NCBI GenBank assembly: GCA_049684675.1
Contig: JBAVGF010000028.1
Location: forward strand, 341-64,340
Length of the DNA: 64,000 nt
Reading direction: 5' to 3'
Source of the DNA: Thermodesulfobacteriota bacterium
Lineage (GTDB): Bacteria > Desulfobacterota > BSN033 > UBA1163
How positions within the stretch are numbered: position 1 is the first letter of the stretch; every line of letters starts with the position of its first letter. The notes beneath the pieces were generated by a model. It searched no databases. It worked only from the letters and a program-made list of their open reading frames with translations, and had not been told where the DNA came from. The position numbers were made by a program, and so were the translations under genes. Positions 17,919 through 26,919 of this stretch are shown here, piece by piece.

Positions 17919-18231
17919 GAATTATGCCAGAGAGAGCTTAGCCGCCTTGGCCCCGTAACTTACGGGAGTTTGAGGCTTAATCCAGACGATATACGGAGGC
18001 TTAGGTTGGGATATCGCCTGGCAGGAAGTGACTTATTGTCGGGGATAGAACGATTTTCGACAGTTATTTCCCTTGCGCTGTGCGAGTGACATCGAATTAG
18101 TTTAAGACCACCATGAAGGCTCCTGAGGTAGGAAACAAATGATATCCTTCTAATCCCCATCCTGCGACTTATTCGTTGAAAACGGAATGAAGTTCACGTA
18201 TGATTATTGAGAACAGGAAGAGAGGGATATC

Positions 18232-18867
18232 ATGCAAGAGGAGACGAGCCAGACAGAAGTGACCGACTCTTTCCATTGGGACAGACTTTCCGCACTTCAT
18301 CCGACGGATGTTTGCAACCGAACAGAGGCCATCTATCACCCCACCCGGGAAGGCTTCCTACTGCCGGTCTATAATCTTCGGTACCTCATTCTCCCAAAAG
18401 AAAAAAAGATTCTGCGTGTGGAAAGAAATGATAAACCCGTTGAGGAGACGCTCCATCCTTACTTCTATCTGATGGTCCTCGTTTATCTGACGGAAGCCAA
18501 AGACATCAAACCCGCACATACCTGGATCAGTGAGAAAGATCTTAAGGGGGGATCTACCTTTTTCCGGGGTCCTCATCATCTTGAAGTGGAGGAGCTGATA
18601 AGCCTTTCCGGAAAGGATCCGGAGGCATTTCTTAAGGTTGGTAAGAGACTGGGGGGGAGTGAAATCCTTTATGGCGATAAGGGGTTCGCCTTGGAGGTAT
18701 TTCCAAAAGTCCCGCTTGCCTATATCCTGTGGAAAGGGGACGCGGAATTTCCGCCAAAGATCAGTGTCCTGTTCGACTCCACGATCGAGTTCCACCTCCC
18801 TTTGGATATCATATGGTGCATGGTGGCTGAGACGAGCCGCCGTCTCGCCGAACACTTTGTTCCTTGA
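18232..18867 (+). CDS. DUF3786-like protein
   Basis: 211 aa. W-x-x-L...P..V N-terminal pattern and C-terminal FPKVPLAYILWKGDAEFPPKISVLFD, which I recognise as DUF3786-like. Recalled from memory, not searched. Confidence 0.55.
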   Translation: MQEETSQTEVTDSFHWDRLSALHPTDVCNRTEAIYHPTREGFLLPVYNLRYLILPKEKKILRVERNDKPVEETLHPYFYLMVLVYLTEAKDIKPAHTWISEKDLKGGSTFFRGPHHLEVEELISLSGKDPEAFLKVGKRLGGSEILYGDKGFALEVFPKVPLAYILWKGDAEFPPKISVLFDSTIEFHLPLDIIWCMVAETSRRLAEHFVP

Positions 18868-18984
18868 GGAAGCAACACGCTGAATGGTAGTCTTGCCACC
18901 ACCCGGCTGCTATTGCTATCCGGGGAAACTTCATTTATAGTTGTCACATTTTTATCAAACATCATGGGAGGAGGAAACTGGCTT

Positions 18985-19584
18985 ATGAGAATGGTGAAGT
19001 TATCGGTATGGGCATTCGTGGTTCTTGCACTGGCAATGTTCTGGGTAGGTTGTTCAAAACCGCCTGAAGCAGAAAAGGAGGCTGCAAAGAAAGCCATGGA
19101 GGATGCCATCTCCGCTGGCGCAGAAAAATATGCCACGGCTGATCTGGAAGCAGCCAAGAAGATATGGGATACCGCGGACTCCCAGATGAAAGAGAAGAAG
19201 TACAAGGAAGCGAAGCAGAGCTATCTTGATGCGAAGGCGGCTTTCGAGAAAGCGGCGGCCGCCGTTGAGGCCGGAAAGAAGGCCGCCGCCAATCAGGCGA
19301 AGGGTACCCTGAATGCCGTTGAAGAGGATTGGAAAAAATTAAACGCCACTGCCCAAAAAATGGAGAAGAAACTGAAAGAAAGGAAGCAGGCATGGAAGGC
19401 TGATGCCAAAGCAATTAACGACGGCTTGGAGAGGGCAAAAGAAAGGATCGCCTCGGCCCCTGCCGAAGCCAAAGCCGAGCTGGATGAGCTGAAAGCCATG
19501 ATCGACAGGTGGAAGACCACCTTCAAGGAAATGGCCAAGGCTCCGGCAAAACCTAAAGCAACCAAAAAGAAGAAAACGGCGTGA
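18985..19584 (+). CDS. Lipoprotein, Ala/Lys-rich helical (DUF4398-like)
   Basis: Start taken at MRMVKLSVWAFVVLALAMFWVGC (lipobox VGC), with GGGAGGAGG upstream. The rest is an A/K/E-rich coiled-coil-type sequence ending in KKKKTA. Confidence 0.65.
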   Translation: MRMVKLSVWAFVVLALAMFWVGCSKPPEAEKEAAKKAMEDAISAGAEKYATADLEAAKKIWDTADSQMKEKKYKEAKQSYLDAKAAFEKAAAAVEAGKKAAANQAKGTLNAVEEDWKKLNATAQKMEKKLKERKQAWKADAKAINDGLERAKERIASAPAEAKAELDELKAMIDRWKTTFKEMAKAPAKPKATKKKKTA

Positions 19585-19665
19585 AGGCGTTTCATTTTAC
19601 TGGATTGGGCCGACCCTCTGCGGGTGACATCTCGGCGTATCTTTAAATAACTTAGGCCTGAACCT

Positions 19666-20949
19666 TCAACTATAATCCGGAATCACCCAATGAGGTCGTG
19701 ATGTCGCCCAATTCTTCAAGGTTTCAGGCAGCCAATCCCCAAGGCCTTTTGCCATGTAGAACCGGGGGAAAAGTAGCCCATCGTAGGGTTCGATCACTCC
19801 CTCCTCTGTAGCCTTTTTTGCCAGAGGGGTGTGCGGATAAATGCGGACGCCCGCCGTAATCTTCAAGGCGTCCAATTTAAGGGAGTCAGCAAAAGCAAGG
19901 CTTTCTTCAACGGACTCGCTTGTTTCACCCGGACTTCCAAGTAACAAAAATCCCATTTGTCTTATCCCCCGCTCAGAAAATATCTCTGAGATTTGCCGCA
20001 CGTCTCCAGGGATAAATCTTTTGTTCATATTCTTCAGGATTCGTTCAGAACCACTTTCAAACCCTATACTCACTTGCTCGCAACCGGCTCTGGCCATATG
20101 CGCGACCAGTTCTTTATCCGCGTGCACAGGGTAAAGGATGCTCCACCATTTTATATCCAGGTCTTGATCGATAAGCTTACGACAGATCTCCTTGGCATAG
20201 GAGGCCGGGAGGTTGAAGGTATTATCAACGAAGTAGAAATGACGAACTCCGGCTTTCCGCCACCGAGCAATCCACTCCACAATCCTCTCGGGAGAATGCC
20301 TTCGCAGAGTCCGACCTTCGATAATCCCCGTACTACAGTAACTACAGCTCAAAGGACATCCACGTCTTGTCTGAACCGGCATCCAGAGTTCTTCTTTTCG
20401 AGAAGGTGTTGACCAGAGGTCTGGATTGGGAAGAGGCAAACTATCCAGGCTCTTCGCAAACATTCTTTCACACGGAAGACCATAACCGGGAAGATAAAGA
20501 CCCGGCAATCCCCGAAGGCTGTCCCCTTGCTCTATCCGTTCTACCAAGTCCGGAAAAATCACTTCTCCCTCGCCCTGAATCCCCATATCTGCGCCCAAAA
20601 AGGACAGGGCGCCTTCTGGAAACAGGCTGTATCCTGCTCCACCCAAGACAATCCTGGCCCCTGAAAGACTTCGACAACCCGCTACGATTTCTTTAACCGG
20701 ACCCAATAAGAATCTGGGATGTTCCATATTTTGATCATCAATGTTCCTCACCGATAGTCCGATCAGATCAGGGCGAAATCCTTCGAGCGCCTCTTTGAGA
20801 ACGGACGCCGTATCCTTTTCGGTCATCAAATCCACCATGGCCACGTCATGCCCTGTTTTTTGGGTTGCGGCGGCCACGCACGCCAGACCAAGGGGCAGGG
20901 CGGGCATATTTATCTTTTCCGTGTTGGCAGAAACAAAAAGGACTCTCAT
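19666..20949 (-). CDS. B12-binding domain radical SAM protein
   Basis: N-terminal cobalamin-binding-like domain (MRVLFVSAN...GHDVAMVDL) followed by CPLSCSYCS (CxxxCxxC). Confidence 0.85.
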   Translation of the reverse strand: MRVLFVSANTEKINMPALPLGLACVAAATQKTGHDVAMVDLMTEKDTASVLKEALEGFRPDLIGLSVRNIDDQNMEHPRFLLGPVKEIVAGCRSLSGARIVLGGAGYSLFPEGALSFLGADMGIQGEGEVIFPDLVERIEQGDSLRGLPGLYLPGYGLPCERMFAKSLDSLPLPNPDLWSTPSRKEELWMPVQTRRGCPLSCSYCSTGIIEGRTLRRHSPERIVEWIARWRKAGVRHFYFVDNTFNLPASYAKEICRKLIDQDLDIKWWSILYPVHADKELVAHMARAGCEQVSIGFESGSERILKNMNKRFIPGDVRQISEIFSERGIRQMGFLLLGSPGETSESVEESLAFADSLKLDALKITAGVRIYPHTPLAKKATEEGVIEPYDGLLFPRFYMAKGLGDWLPETLKNWATSRPHWVIPDYS

Positions 20950-21041
20950 TGTCTTAAATCCGAATTCCCTCCCGGAAGCGGGTATTCCATATCCTATGCG
21001 CTTCGCGCCATGGGATAAATGATCGAGCAGTTCGTTCCTTC

Positions 21042-21076
21042 AATCTGCAATTTGAAATCTGCAATCCGAAATTTGT
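21042..21076 (-). repeat. Heptanucleotide tandem array H2 (AATCTGC AATTTGA AATCTGC AATCCGA AATTTGT)
   Basis: Read directly from the sequence. It begins 11 nt downstream of the MaoC-like stop (21088-21090) and has the same orientation relative to the mRNA as H1. Confidence 0.8.
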
Positions 21077-21087
21077 GGTTTCTTTTC

Positions 21088-21927
21088 TTATTCAACCCTG
21101 GCGTAGGCATGGCTGAGGACGACCCCGCGCTCCGTTCGGCACTGGATTAAATAACGCCCTTCTTTATCCCTCCATCCCTCTGTCACGAGGGTGTCGCCCG
21201 GATAAACCACTCCGGATAGACGGGCTTTGAACTCCTTGAATCGCTCCACATCACCCTGGCAGGCGTTGTACAAAATAGCTCTCACGGCGTGGCCGTACGT
21301 GCAAAGGCCGTGGAGGATGGGGCGAGGAAAACCACCCATCTTGGCAAAATCGGGGTCCACGTGCAGAGGGTTGATGTCGCCGCAGAGGCGATAGAGGGCT
21401 GCCTGGTTTCCGGGAATGAAATAGGAGGCCGTAAAATCCGGCTGGGTCCCCTTTGGAGGTTCAAGCGCTTCGGCTTTGGGGCCGGGGGCTCCGCCGAAGC
21501 CTCCTTCGCCCACGTAGAAAATGCCGGCCTCAGCCTCGGCCAGGAGCTCACCCCTCTCTGTCATGACCTTCATCCGCCAGATGAAAAGCGCCCCTTTGCC
21601 CTTGTCATAGATATCGGTAATCCCTCCTTCGACGAGGGTCTTCCCCTCGGGTGGAATCGGACGATGGAGCTTTATTCCCTGCTCCCCGTGAATGAATCTG
21701 GAAAAGTCCACATTCTTCATCTCTTTGAAGAGTTCCTTAAACAACGGGCTGCCCATCACGACGCTGAAGCTGGGAAAGACCTTCAGCCCCCCTTTGACGT
21801 TCTCGTAGATAAATGGAAGTTCCTCTGCTTGGGCACCGATTCCCAAGGCATAGAGGACCGCGTCCTTCCATGTATATTCGAAGGAGCGCGGGCCGTATTT
21901 CTTGCCAATCACGTTCAAATCAATCAT
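21088..21927 (-). CDS. MaoC-like (R)-specific enoyl-CoA hydratase, double hot-dog
   Basis: The C-terminal half carries LYRLCGDINPLHVDPDFA, the hydratase 2 motif. Start is set at MIDLNVIGKKY, with AAGGAG upstream. Confidence 0.82.
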   Translation of the reverse strand: MIDLNVIGKKYGPRSFEYTWKDAVLYALGIGAQAEELPFIYENVKGGLKVFPSFSVVMGSPLFKELFKEMKNVDFSRFIHGEQGIKLHRPIPPEGKTLVEGGITDIYDKGKGALFIWRMKVMTERGELLAEAEAGIFYVGEGGFGGAPGPKAEALEPPKGTQPDFTASYFIPGNQAALYRLCGDINPLHVDPDFAKMGGFPRPILHGLCTYGHAVRAILYNACQGDVERFKEFKARLSGVVYPGDTLVTEGWRDKEGRYLIQCRTERGVVLSHAYARVE

Positions 21928-21968
21928 GCGTATCTCCTTTCTTCTGGCCGGCAAGCGCCCCGCAAGCC

Positions 21969-22004
21969 TCGCCTTGCCTGCCTGCCGATAGGCAGGTAGG
22001 CGGG
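21969..22004. repeat. CCTGCC..GGCAGG palindrome, copy a
   Basis: CGCCTTGCCTGCCTGCC-GAT-AGGCAGGTAGGCGG imperfect hairpin, directly upstream of the MaoC-like gene. Confidence 0.55.
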
Positions 22005-22187
22005 GTTAAGGGGCACAATATGGAATAATATTACAATGCCGGGAAGCCCCGGCCTGTGGCCGGAGAGCTTCACTCCTGCTCAATCTTCTAAAACTCCAGC
22101 CCAGGGGAACGATGGGTTTGACGTTCAAGAAATGGGCTGGAGTTGGGCAAAGCGGCAAGCAAATGTAAATGGCGTTTTAAAAGGCGT

Positions 22188-22559
22188 CTAAAAGATATCC
22201 CCGATTCTTCCCTTTATAAAATCATGGACCTTTAAAACGAGGTCAAACCATACCTTGTCACTCGTTCGAATAATCTCTGCACCGATTAGGTAATCTCCCC
22301 CCGGCTCGTCTTCAATACAATATTTAATCTTTCCGGTGAACGGGATTTCCTTTGTAAGCGATTTGGGCACCGAGATCAAGCACTCAATGGGTGAATCAAC
22401 CGTGAATCGACATCGGCTTTTTATGCTGATCCCCCTAGAGCTAAAATTAAAGAGTTCGGCATCCACAGCGTCACCGGAGACTGTCGTGAGTTTGAAGAGG
22501 ATGTACTTCCTATAAATTTCAGGCACCACATATCTTTCTTCCTTCCGCCTTTCACTCAT
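22188..22559 (-). CDS. PilZ domain protein (123 aa), paralog of 29962-30333
   Basis: RRKEER (RxxxR) and NFSSRGI (N-x-S-x-x-G). Roughly 60% identical to ORF 29962-30333 over the full, equal length. Confidence 0.8.
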   Translation of the reverse strand: MSERRKEERYVVPEIYRKYILFKLTTVSGDAVDAELFNFSSRGISIKSRCRFTVDSPIECLISVPKSLTKEIPFTGKIKYCIEDEPGGDYLIGAEIIRTSDKVWFDLVLKVHDFIKGRIGDIF

Positions 22560-22627
22560 TGATCAACCTACACGATCACCCCGTCCCTTCACCTCCCCAT
22601 CGGTATCTGAACGGATGACCCCGGATC

Positions 22628-22987
22628 TTATTTCTCCAACTGAGTTAATTTGCTCCCCGATCGGGTTACATAAATGTGCGAGAACTCCGAGTCTTTGGCC
22701 GCACCGTGCCAGTGTTTCTCGCCCGCAGGAATAAGAACAATATCTCCTGCCACAATCACCTTCTCTTCAGTTTCTGTGGCGATCATCCCTTTTCCGGAGG
22801 TGACCACCAGGATTTGTTCACTGTCGTGGGCATGAAATTTGTTGCGAACCCCTTTCCCGAAATTCACAACACTGACGTCGAACTCTTTACTGTCGGGCAA
22901 AAGAACCTGTCCCGTCACATCCGGGCCGGTAAAAATGGGGTTTTTGAATGGTTCCTTTTTAACTTCACTGATTTTGACGACCCTCAT
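22628..22987 (-). CDS. Cupin domain protein
   Basis: 119 aa with cupin motifs: HAHDSEQILVVTSGKG followed by GDIVLIPAGEKHWHG. Confidence 0.8.
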   Translation of the reverse strand: MRVVKISEVKKEPFKNPIFTGPDVTGQVLLPDSKEFDVSVVNFGKGVRNKFHAHDSEQILVVTSGKGMIATETEEKVIVAGDIVLIPAGEKHWHGAAKDSEFSHIYVTRSGSKLTQLEK

Positions 22988-23125
22988 GTTAAACTCCTCA
23001 AACCCTGTCGAAAAAAGGATAAGACCTCGCTTTTGGTTAAGTTGAATATACGAGAAACGGAGTGGTATGTCAAAAAAAAGACAAACCGTGGAGGAGGGGA
23101 AATCATTCCCGTTGCTGATTTAGAC

Positions 23126-23941
23126 TCAAGGCCGTATCTTAGCCCCTAACTTCAGCTCTTCTTCCTTCATCCCATAGAGGGCGTCCAGCAGTGCGATCTG
23201 GAAGCTGCCAGGACCAAAAGCCTTGGCAGCCGCCTTTTCGCCTGCTAAGCCAAAATAGGACAGGCCCGTGGCGGCTGCTTCCAAATGGTCAGGGCAGACG
23301 GCGAGGAAGGCGCCGATCATCACCGTCGCGGCACAGCCTGTTCCCGTGACATGACTCATCATCTCATGTCCGTTCATGACACGGCAGACCCGCTCACCAT
23401 CGGTGATCAAATCCACCGCACCGGTGACGGCAAGCGTTGTCCCGAGCTCTTTGGAAAGTCCTATCACCGTCTCTGCGACCTGATCCACGGTGTGGACGGA
23501 ATCGACTCCCTTTGTGCTGAACCCTGATTTTTCTCCGGCCAGAGAGAGGATCTCCGAGGCATTCCCGCGAATCACCTGGATCGAAACCTCTTCAATGAGT
23601 CGCCTGGCAGAATCGGTCCGCAGCCGGGTGGCCCCTGCGCCCACGGGGTCGAGAATCACCGGGACATGCAGCGCATTCGCCCGCTTCCCGGCTCTTCGCA
23701 TCGCCTCGACCCAGGAAGGGCTTAGGGTGCCGATATTCAGCACCAATGCCCCTGCCAAAGAAACCATCTCCTCTACCTCCTCTGCCGCATGGGCCATGAC
23801 CGGAGACGCCCCGCACGCAAGAAGGGCATTGGCGGTAAAGTTCATGACGACGTAATTCGTAATGTTGTGAACGAGAGGTCTTTTTTCACGAACCCGTCTC
23901 AAGTTCTCCGCGGCCTTCTGAGCCATGTCTTGGTCGAACAT
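23126..23941 (-). CDS. thiM: Hydroxyethylthiazole kinase
   Basis: HNITNYVVMNFTANALLACGASPVMA is typical of ThiM. The gene sits downstream of thiE-thiL. Confidence 0.85.
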   Translation of the reverse strand: MFDQDMAQKAAENLRRVREKRPLVHNITNYVVMNFTANALLACGASPVMAHAAEEVEEMVSLAGALVLNIGTLSPSWVEAMRRAGKRANALHVPVILDPVGAGATRLRTDSARRLIEEVSIQVIRGNASEILSLAGEKSGFSTKGVDSVHTVDQVAETVIGLSKELGTTLAVTGAVDLITDGERVCRVMNGHEMMSHVTGTGCAATVMIGAFLAVCPDHLEAAATGLSYFGLAGEKAAAKAFGPGSFQIALLDALYGMKEEELKLGAKIRP

Positions 23942-24003
23942 CCTGTTTTTCCCCTCCTGATTTTTATTGAACTACGGACCCATGAGGAGCGCTCTTGGGA
24001 CTC

Positions 24004-25047
24004 TCAGGTTTCAGAGTCCTTTGCAAGTCGGAAATGATCCCAGCCTGAAAGTTTGACCGTACGTCTATCGCCTTCGGGGAGCAGCAGGATGATCTCCCGG
24101 GCTCCCCCTGTGATTTTCCCCACTTCTGTCAACGGGACGGGACAGCACCGGGCAGCGATGGAGCGAAGGAGGGTCACATCCTGCGGCCGGCAGGTGATCA
24201 CCAGTTCGTAATCATCACTCTCACCCAGGAAGAGGTCGTACGGGTCTCGGTGGAGCATGAGAGCGGCCTCGCGGAGAGCTTCACTCACAGGCAGTTTCTC
24301 TTTAACCAATTCAGCCCCCACTCCACTCTCTTCGCAGATATGTCCCAGATCCCCCAGAAATCCGTCGCTCGTGTCGATCATGGCTGTAGCAGGGCCGGCT
24401 TTGGCAATCGCTTCCCCAAGCTGAGCCCTGTGGGAAGGGGTGTTATAAATCTTGACCAATGGATGTCCCAATATGTTCGAGTCATCCGATGCACGGAGCA
24501 AGAGTTGCAGCCCGGCAGCCGCCTGGCCTGGATATCCCGTAACCAGAATGGCATCTCCTGGCTTTGCCCCGGAACGGCGCACCCCCTTTCCCTGCTCAAC
24601 CTCCCCGACCAGCGTAATATCGATGAACATCCCGTTTCCCGATGATGTGAGGTTGCCTCCGATGATAGAGGCACCCAAGGGGTTCAATTCCACAAGAAAC
24701 CCGCGGTACATCTCTTCGACATCCCGGACAAAGATCTCTGCCTTCAATCCGAGTGAGACGAGGGCATACAGAGGTCTTCCTCCCATGGCCCCGATGTCGC
24801 TGATATTTAGCGTCATGGCACGGCGCCCTAAATCATGGGGACTAATCTTTCCGGGCAAATAGTGACGGCCTTCCACCATGCAATCGCACGTGATCAAAAC
24901 TTCATATCCGGACCGTGGGAGGAAGGAGGCCGTATCGTCGCCGATTCCAACGGTGACCCGTTCGGATCGAATCCCCTCCTTGTTCAGGAGACTGCTGATT
25001 CTCCGAATGAGCCCGAACTCCCCGATATCGCTTACCCTCTCAGGCAT
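24004..25047 (-). CDS. thiL: Thiamine-monophosphate kinase
   Basis: IGEFGLIRRI and IGDDTA motifs with an AIR-synthase-like fold. Start is set at MPERVSD (25047, GGAGG upstream), 8 nt overlapping the thiE end. The track ORF start at 25221 lies inside thiE. Confidence 0.85.
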   Translation of the reverse strand: MPERVSDIGEFGLIRRISSLLNKEGIRSERVTVGIGDDTASFLPRSGYEVLITCDCMVEGRHYLPGKISPHDLGRRAMTLNISDIGAMGGRPLYALVSLGLKAEIFVRDVEEMYRGFLVELNPLGASIIGGNLTSSGNGMFIDITLVGEVEQGKGVRRSGAKPGDAILVTGYPGQAAAGLQLLLRASDDSNILGHPLVKIYNTPSHRAQLGEAIAKAGPATAMIDTSDGFLGDLGHICEESGVGAELVKEKLPVSEALREAALMLHRDPYDLFLGESDDYELVITCRPQDVTLLRSIAARCCPVPLTEVGKITGGAREIILLLPEGDRRTVKLSGWDHFRLAKDSET

Positions 25048-25702
25048 GTCGCTCACCCTCCAGCAAACGTCGAAGGCATTTGGCCGCCTCCGCGGGGTCC
25101 TTCTGACAACAAACAGCAGAGATGACGGCAATACCATGTACCCCTGTCCGGATAACCTCTGGTGTATTGTCTCTCGTGAGGCCGCCGATGGCAATAATGG
25201 GCAGAGGAATTTCTTCCACAACCTGTTTCAGGAGGCCAAGCCCGCCTGCCGGGCCCGCGTCTTCCTTGGAGGCTGTGAAGTAGACAGGACCAAAACCGAT
25301 ATAGTCCGCGCCTTCCAAAAGACACTTTCGAGCCTCTTCCTTATTACCCGCCGATCCACCGATGACGGCTTCTTCGCCCAGGAGTTTTCTGGCGAGGGGG
25401 ATGGGAAAATCATTCTGTCCCAGATGGACACCGTCTGCATGAGAAGCGATGGCCACATCCACACGATCATTGACGATAAAGGTCGCGCCGGCTCTTTTGC
25501 ATAAGGCTTGCATCTGCTCGGCAATGCGGATCATCTGCCTCGTCTCCCCGCCCTTCTCGCGAAACTGGATCGTATCCGCCCCGCCGGCAATGGCAAACTC
25601 GGCAAGCTCCAGATGGGAGAATTGGGTCTGAAGGCAAGAATCCGTGAGGACGTGGAATTTTCCAATCTTCTTCACTTTTTTCCCCTCATCCCCTCTTCCC
25701 AA
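25040..25702 (-). CDS. thiE: Thiamine-phosphate synthase
   Basis: The TMP-TENI pattern (IQFREK, VNDRVDVA, DGVHLGQND, IGGL) is typical of ThiE. Confidence 0.85.
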   Translation of the reverse strand: MGRGDEGKKVKKIGKFHVLTDSCLQTQFSHLELAEFAIAGGADTIQFREKGGETRQMIRIAEQMQALCKRAGATFIVNDRVDVAIASHADGVHLGQNDFPIPLARKLLGEEAVIGGSAGNKEEARKCLLEGADYIGFGPVYFTASKEDAGPAGGLGLLKQVVEEIPLPIIAIGGLTRDNTPEVIRTGVHGIAVISAVCCQKDPAEAAKCLRRLLEGERHA

Positions 25703-25747
25703 GTCTGACCCTGAATCCCTCTGGGCTGGAGGCCACCGTAAGGGTTC

Positions 25748-26527
25748 TCATCCTGTCTTTTCCTGTTTCAGCTCTTCAGAGAATCGTTCTTCGAGAAACT
25801 GGTAGATTTTCTCACCGATCTTAAGCCCCAACTCGATGAACTCGGGTCCATAGATCTTCCCCGTCTCCGTGCGGAAGGTTCCTTTGACCATGGAAATTCC
25901 TTCCATCCCCTTTGGAAACCTCCGAATCAGGGGCGCCATGCGAGCCCTTGAGGAGCGGAGCATCTGCCAAAGGGTATGGGTAAAATTGTCCGGACCCCAG
26001 CGGAATTTGTCGGCATCGTAAAGCGCGTCGCTAATCATCTGGCCGACGGGCGAGTCAATTCTCTTGGGCTCAACGAAGGCTTCGTGGTTCCCAATGGCTT
26101 CCATGATATATTCTCTTTTCTCAGGAAAGATGGAGAACTCCTGCAACAATTTGAAAGCTGCAGAGGCGCTCGCCTTAGCGTGGTCTTTTTCATTGCGCCG
26201 CATGTCATGCAGAAGGCCGGCAATCTGGGCCAGGAGGCATGCCTCGCGCCTCAAAGATTCCCACAGGGAAAGTCTCTCCCCTTCGATATAAGCCAGGGCC
26301 CCGGCTTCCAAAGCCACCTTTTCGGAGTGGTCTATTCCATGGCCGAGGTCATCCTTTAATTCGTTGAGGACCAGGGTGCGGCATCTCGTAACCTGTGAGT
26401 CTTCATTAAAAAGGGAGCGAGACAGGTGAAGGGGCTCTCTGCAGCAAACATAAAAGCTGGGTTGAGGAAAAGAGGCGGCAATGTCTTGAGAGGCAGTCAT
26501 CATCTCTTCGTAAATGTCTTTCATCAA
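25748..26527 (-). CDS. HD domain phosphohydrolase-like protein
   Basis: HGIDHSEKV ... GLLHDM (H..HD metal-binding pattern). 259 aa. Confidence 0.7.
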   Translation of the reverse strand: MMKDIYEEMMTASQDIAASFPQPSFYVCCREPLHLSRSLFNEDSQVTRCRTLVLNELKDDLGHGIDHSEKVALEAGALAYIEGERLSLWESLRREACLLAQIAGLLHDMRRNEKDHAKASASAAFKLLQEFSIFPEKREYIMEAIGNHEAFVEPKRIDSPVGQMISDALYDADKFRWGPDNFTHTLWQMLRSSRARMAPLIRRFPKGMEGISMVKGTFRTETGKIYGPEFIELGLKIGEKIYQFLEERFSEELKQEKTG

Positions 26528-26608
26528 TCTTCCCCGAAATCAACCCCCCTCATCCCTTCCTTTCCCCCTCTAGACTACATCGCAACTATAAAACCCGGGT
26601 CCAAACAA

Positions 26609-26771
26609 GACGGAAGAGACAGTCGGGTTGAAGAGCTTTAGGGCGGCAACCTTTACACTTGAGATTCAAATGTTCAAAACCCATGAGACGATTCCATTCC
26701 CCGCAGGCACCGATTAGCCATTCCCAAAAGACCGCATTCTAAATGCTTCAAACCCGACAACCTCTCCCGTC
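26609..26771 (+). repeat. Long imperfect-hairpin element, copy 2
   Basis: GACGGAAGAGACAGTCGGGTTGAAGAGCTTTAG at the 5' end pairs with CTAAATGCTTCAAACCCGACAACCTCTCCCGTC at the 3' end. GGGCGGCAACC at 26641-26651. The interior is ~85% identical to copy 1. Confidence 0.75.
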
Positions 26772-26919
26772 AACGCCGCTATTGTGACACAACCTCATCG
26801 GCGAGAGGGGAGAGTTATGTAAGAATTTAACGTTACGGGTAACGGGCTCTCATGGAACGACCGGAAAAACTCCGCAATCTCTTACTTTCTTCATCAGGCG
26901 AAAGGGTATGTGTCCCTAT

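Noticed and set aside
21289-21999. Long antisense ORFs inside well-supported genes (for example 21289-21999+, 8848-9354-, 50970-51626+, 24878-25504+, 18358-18855-, 11608-12048-)
   Set aside because: Each lies fully within a gene that has clear family motifs on the other strand. They have Arg/Pro/Ser/Gly-rich shadow-frame composition and no independent start signals.
25703-25747. Expected TPP riboswitch upstream of thiE-thiL-thiM
   Set aside because: Only 45 nt separate thiE from the upstream HD gene, and no CUGAGA / ACCUGAUCUGGAUAAUGCCAGCG-like core is present there or upstream of the HD gene.
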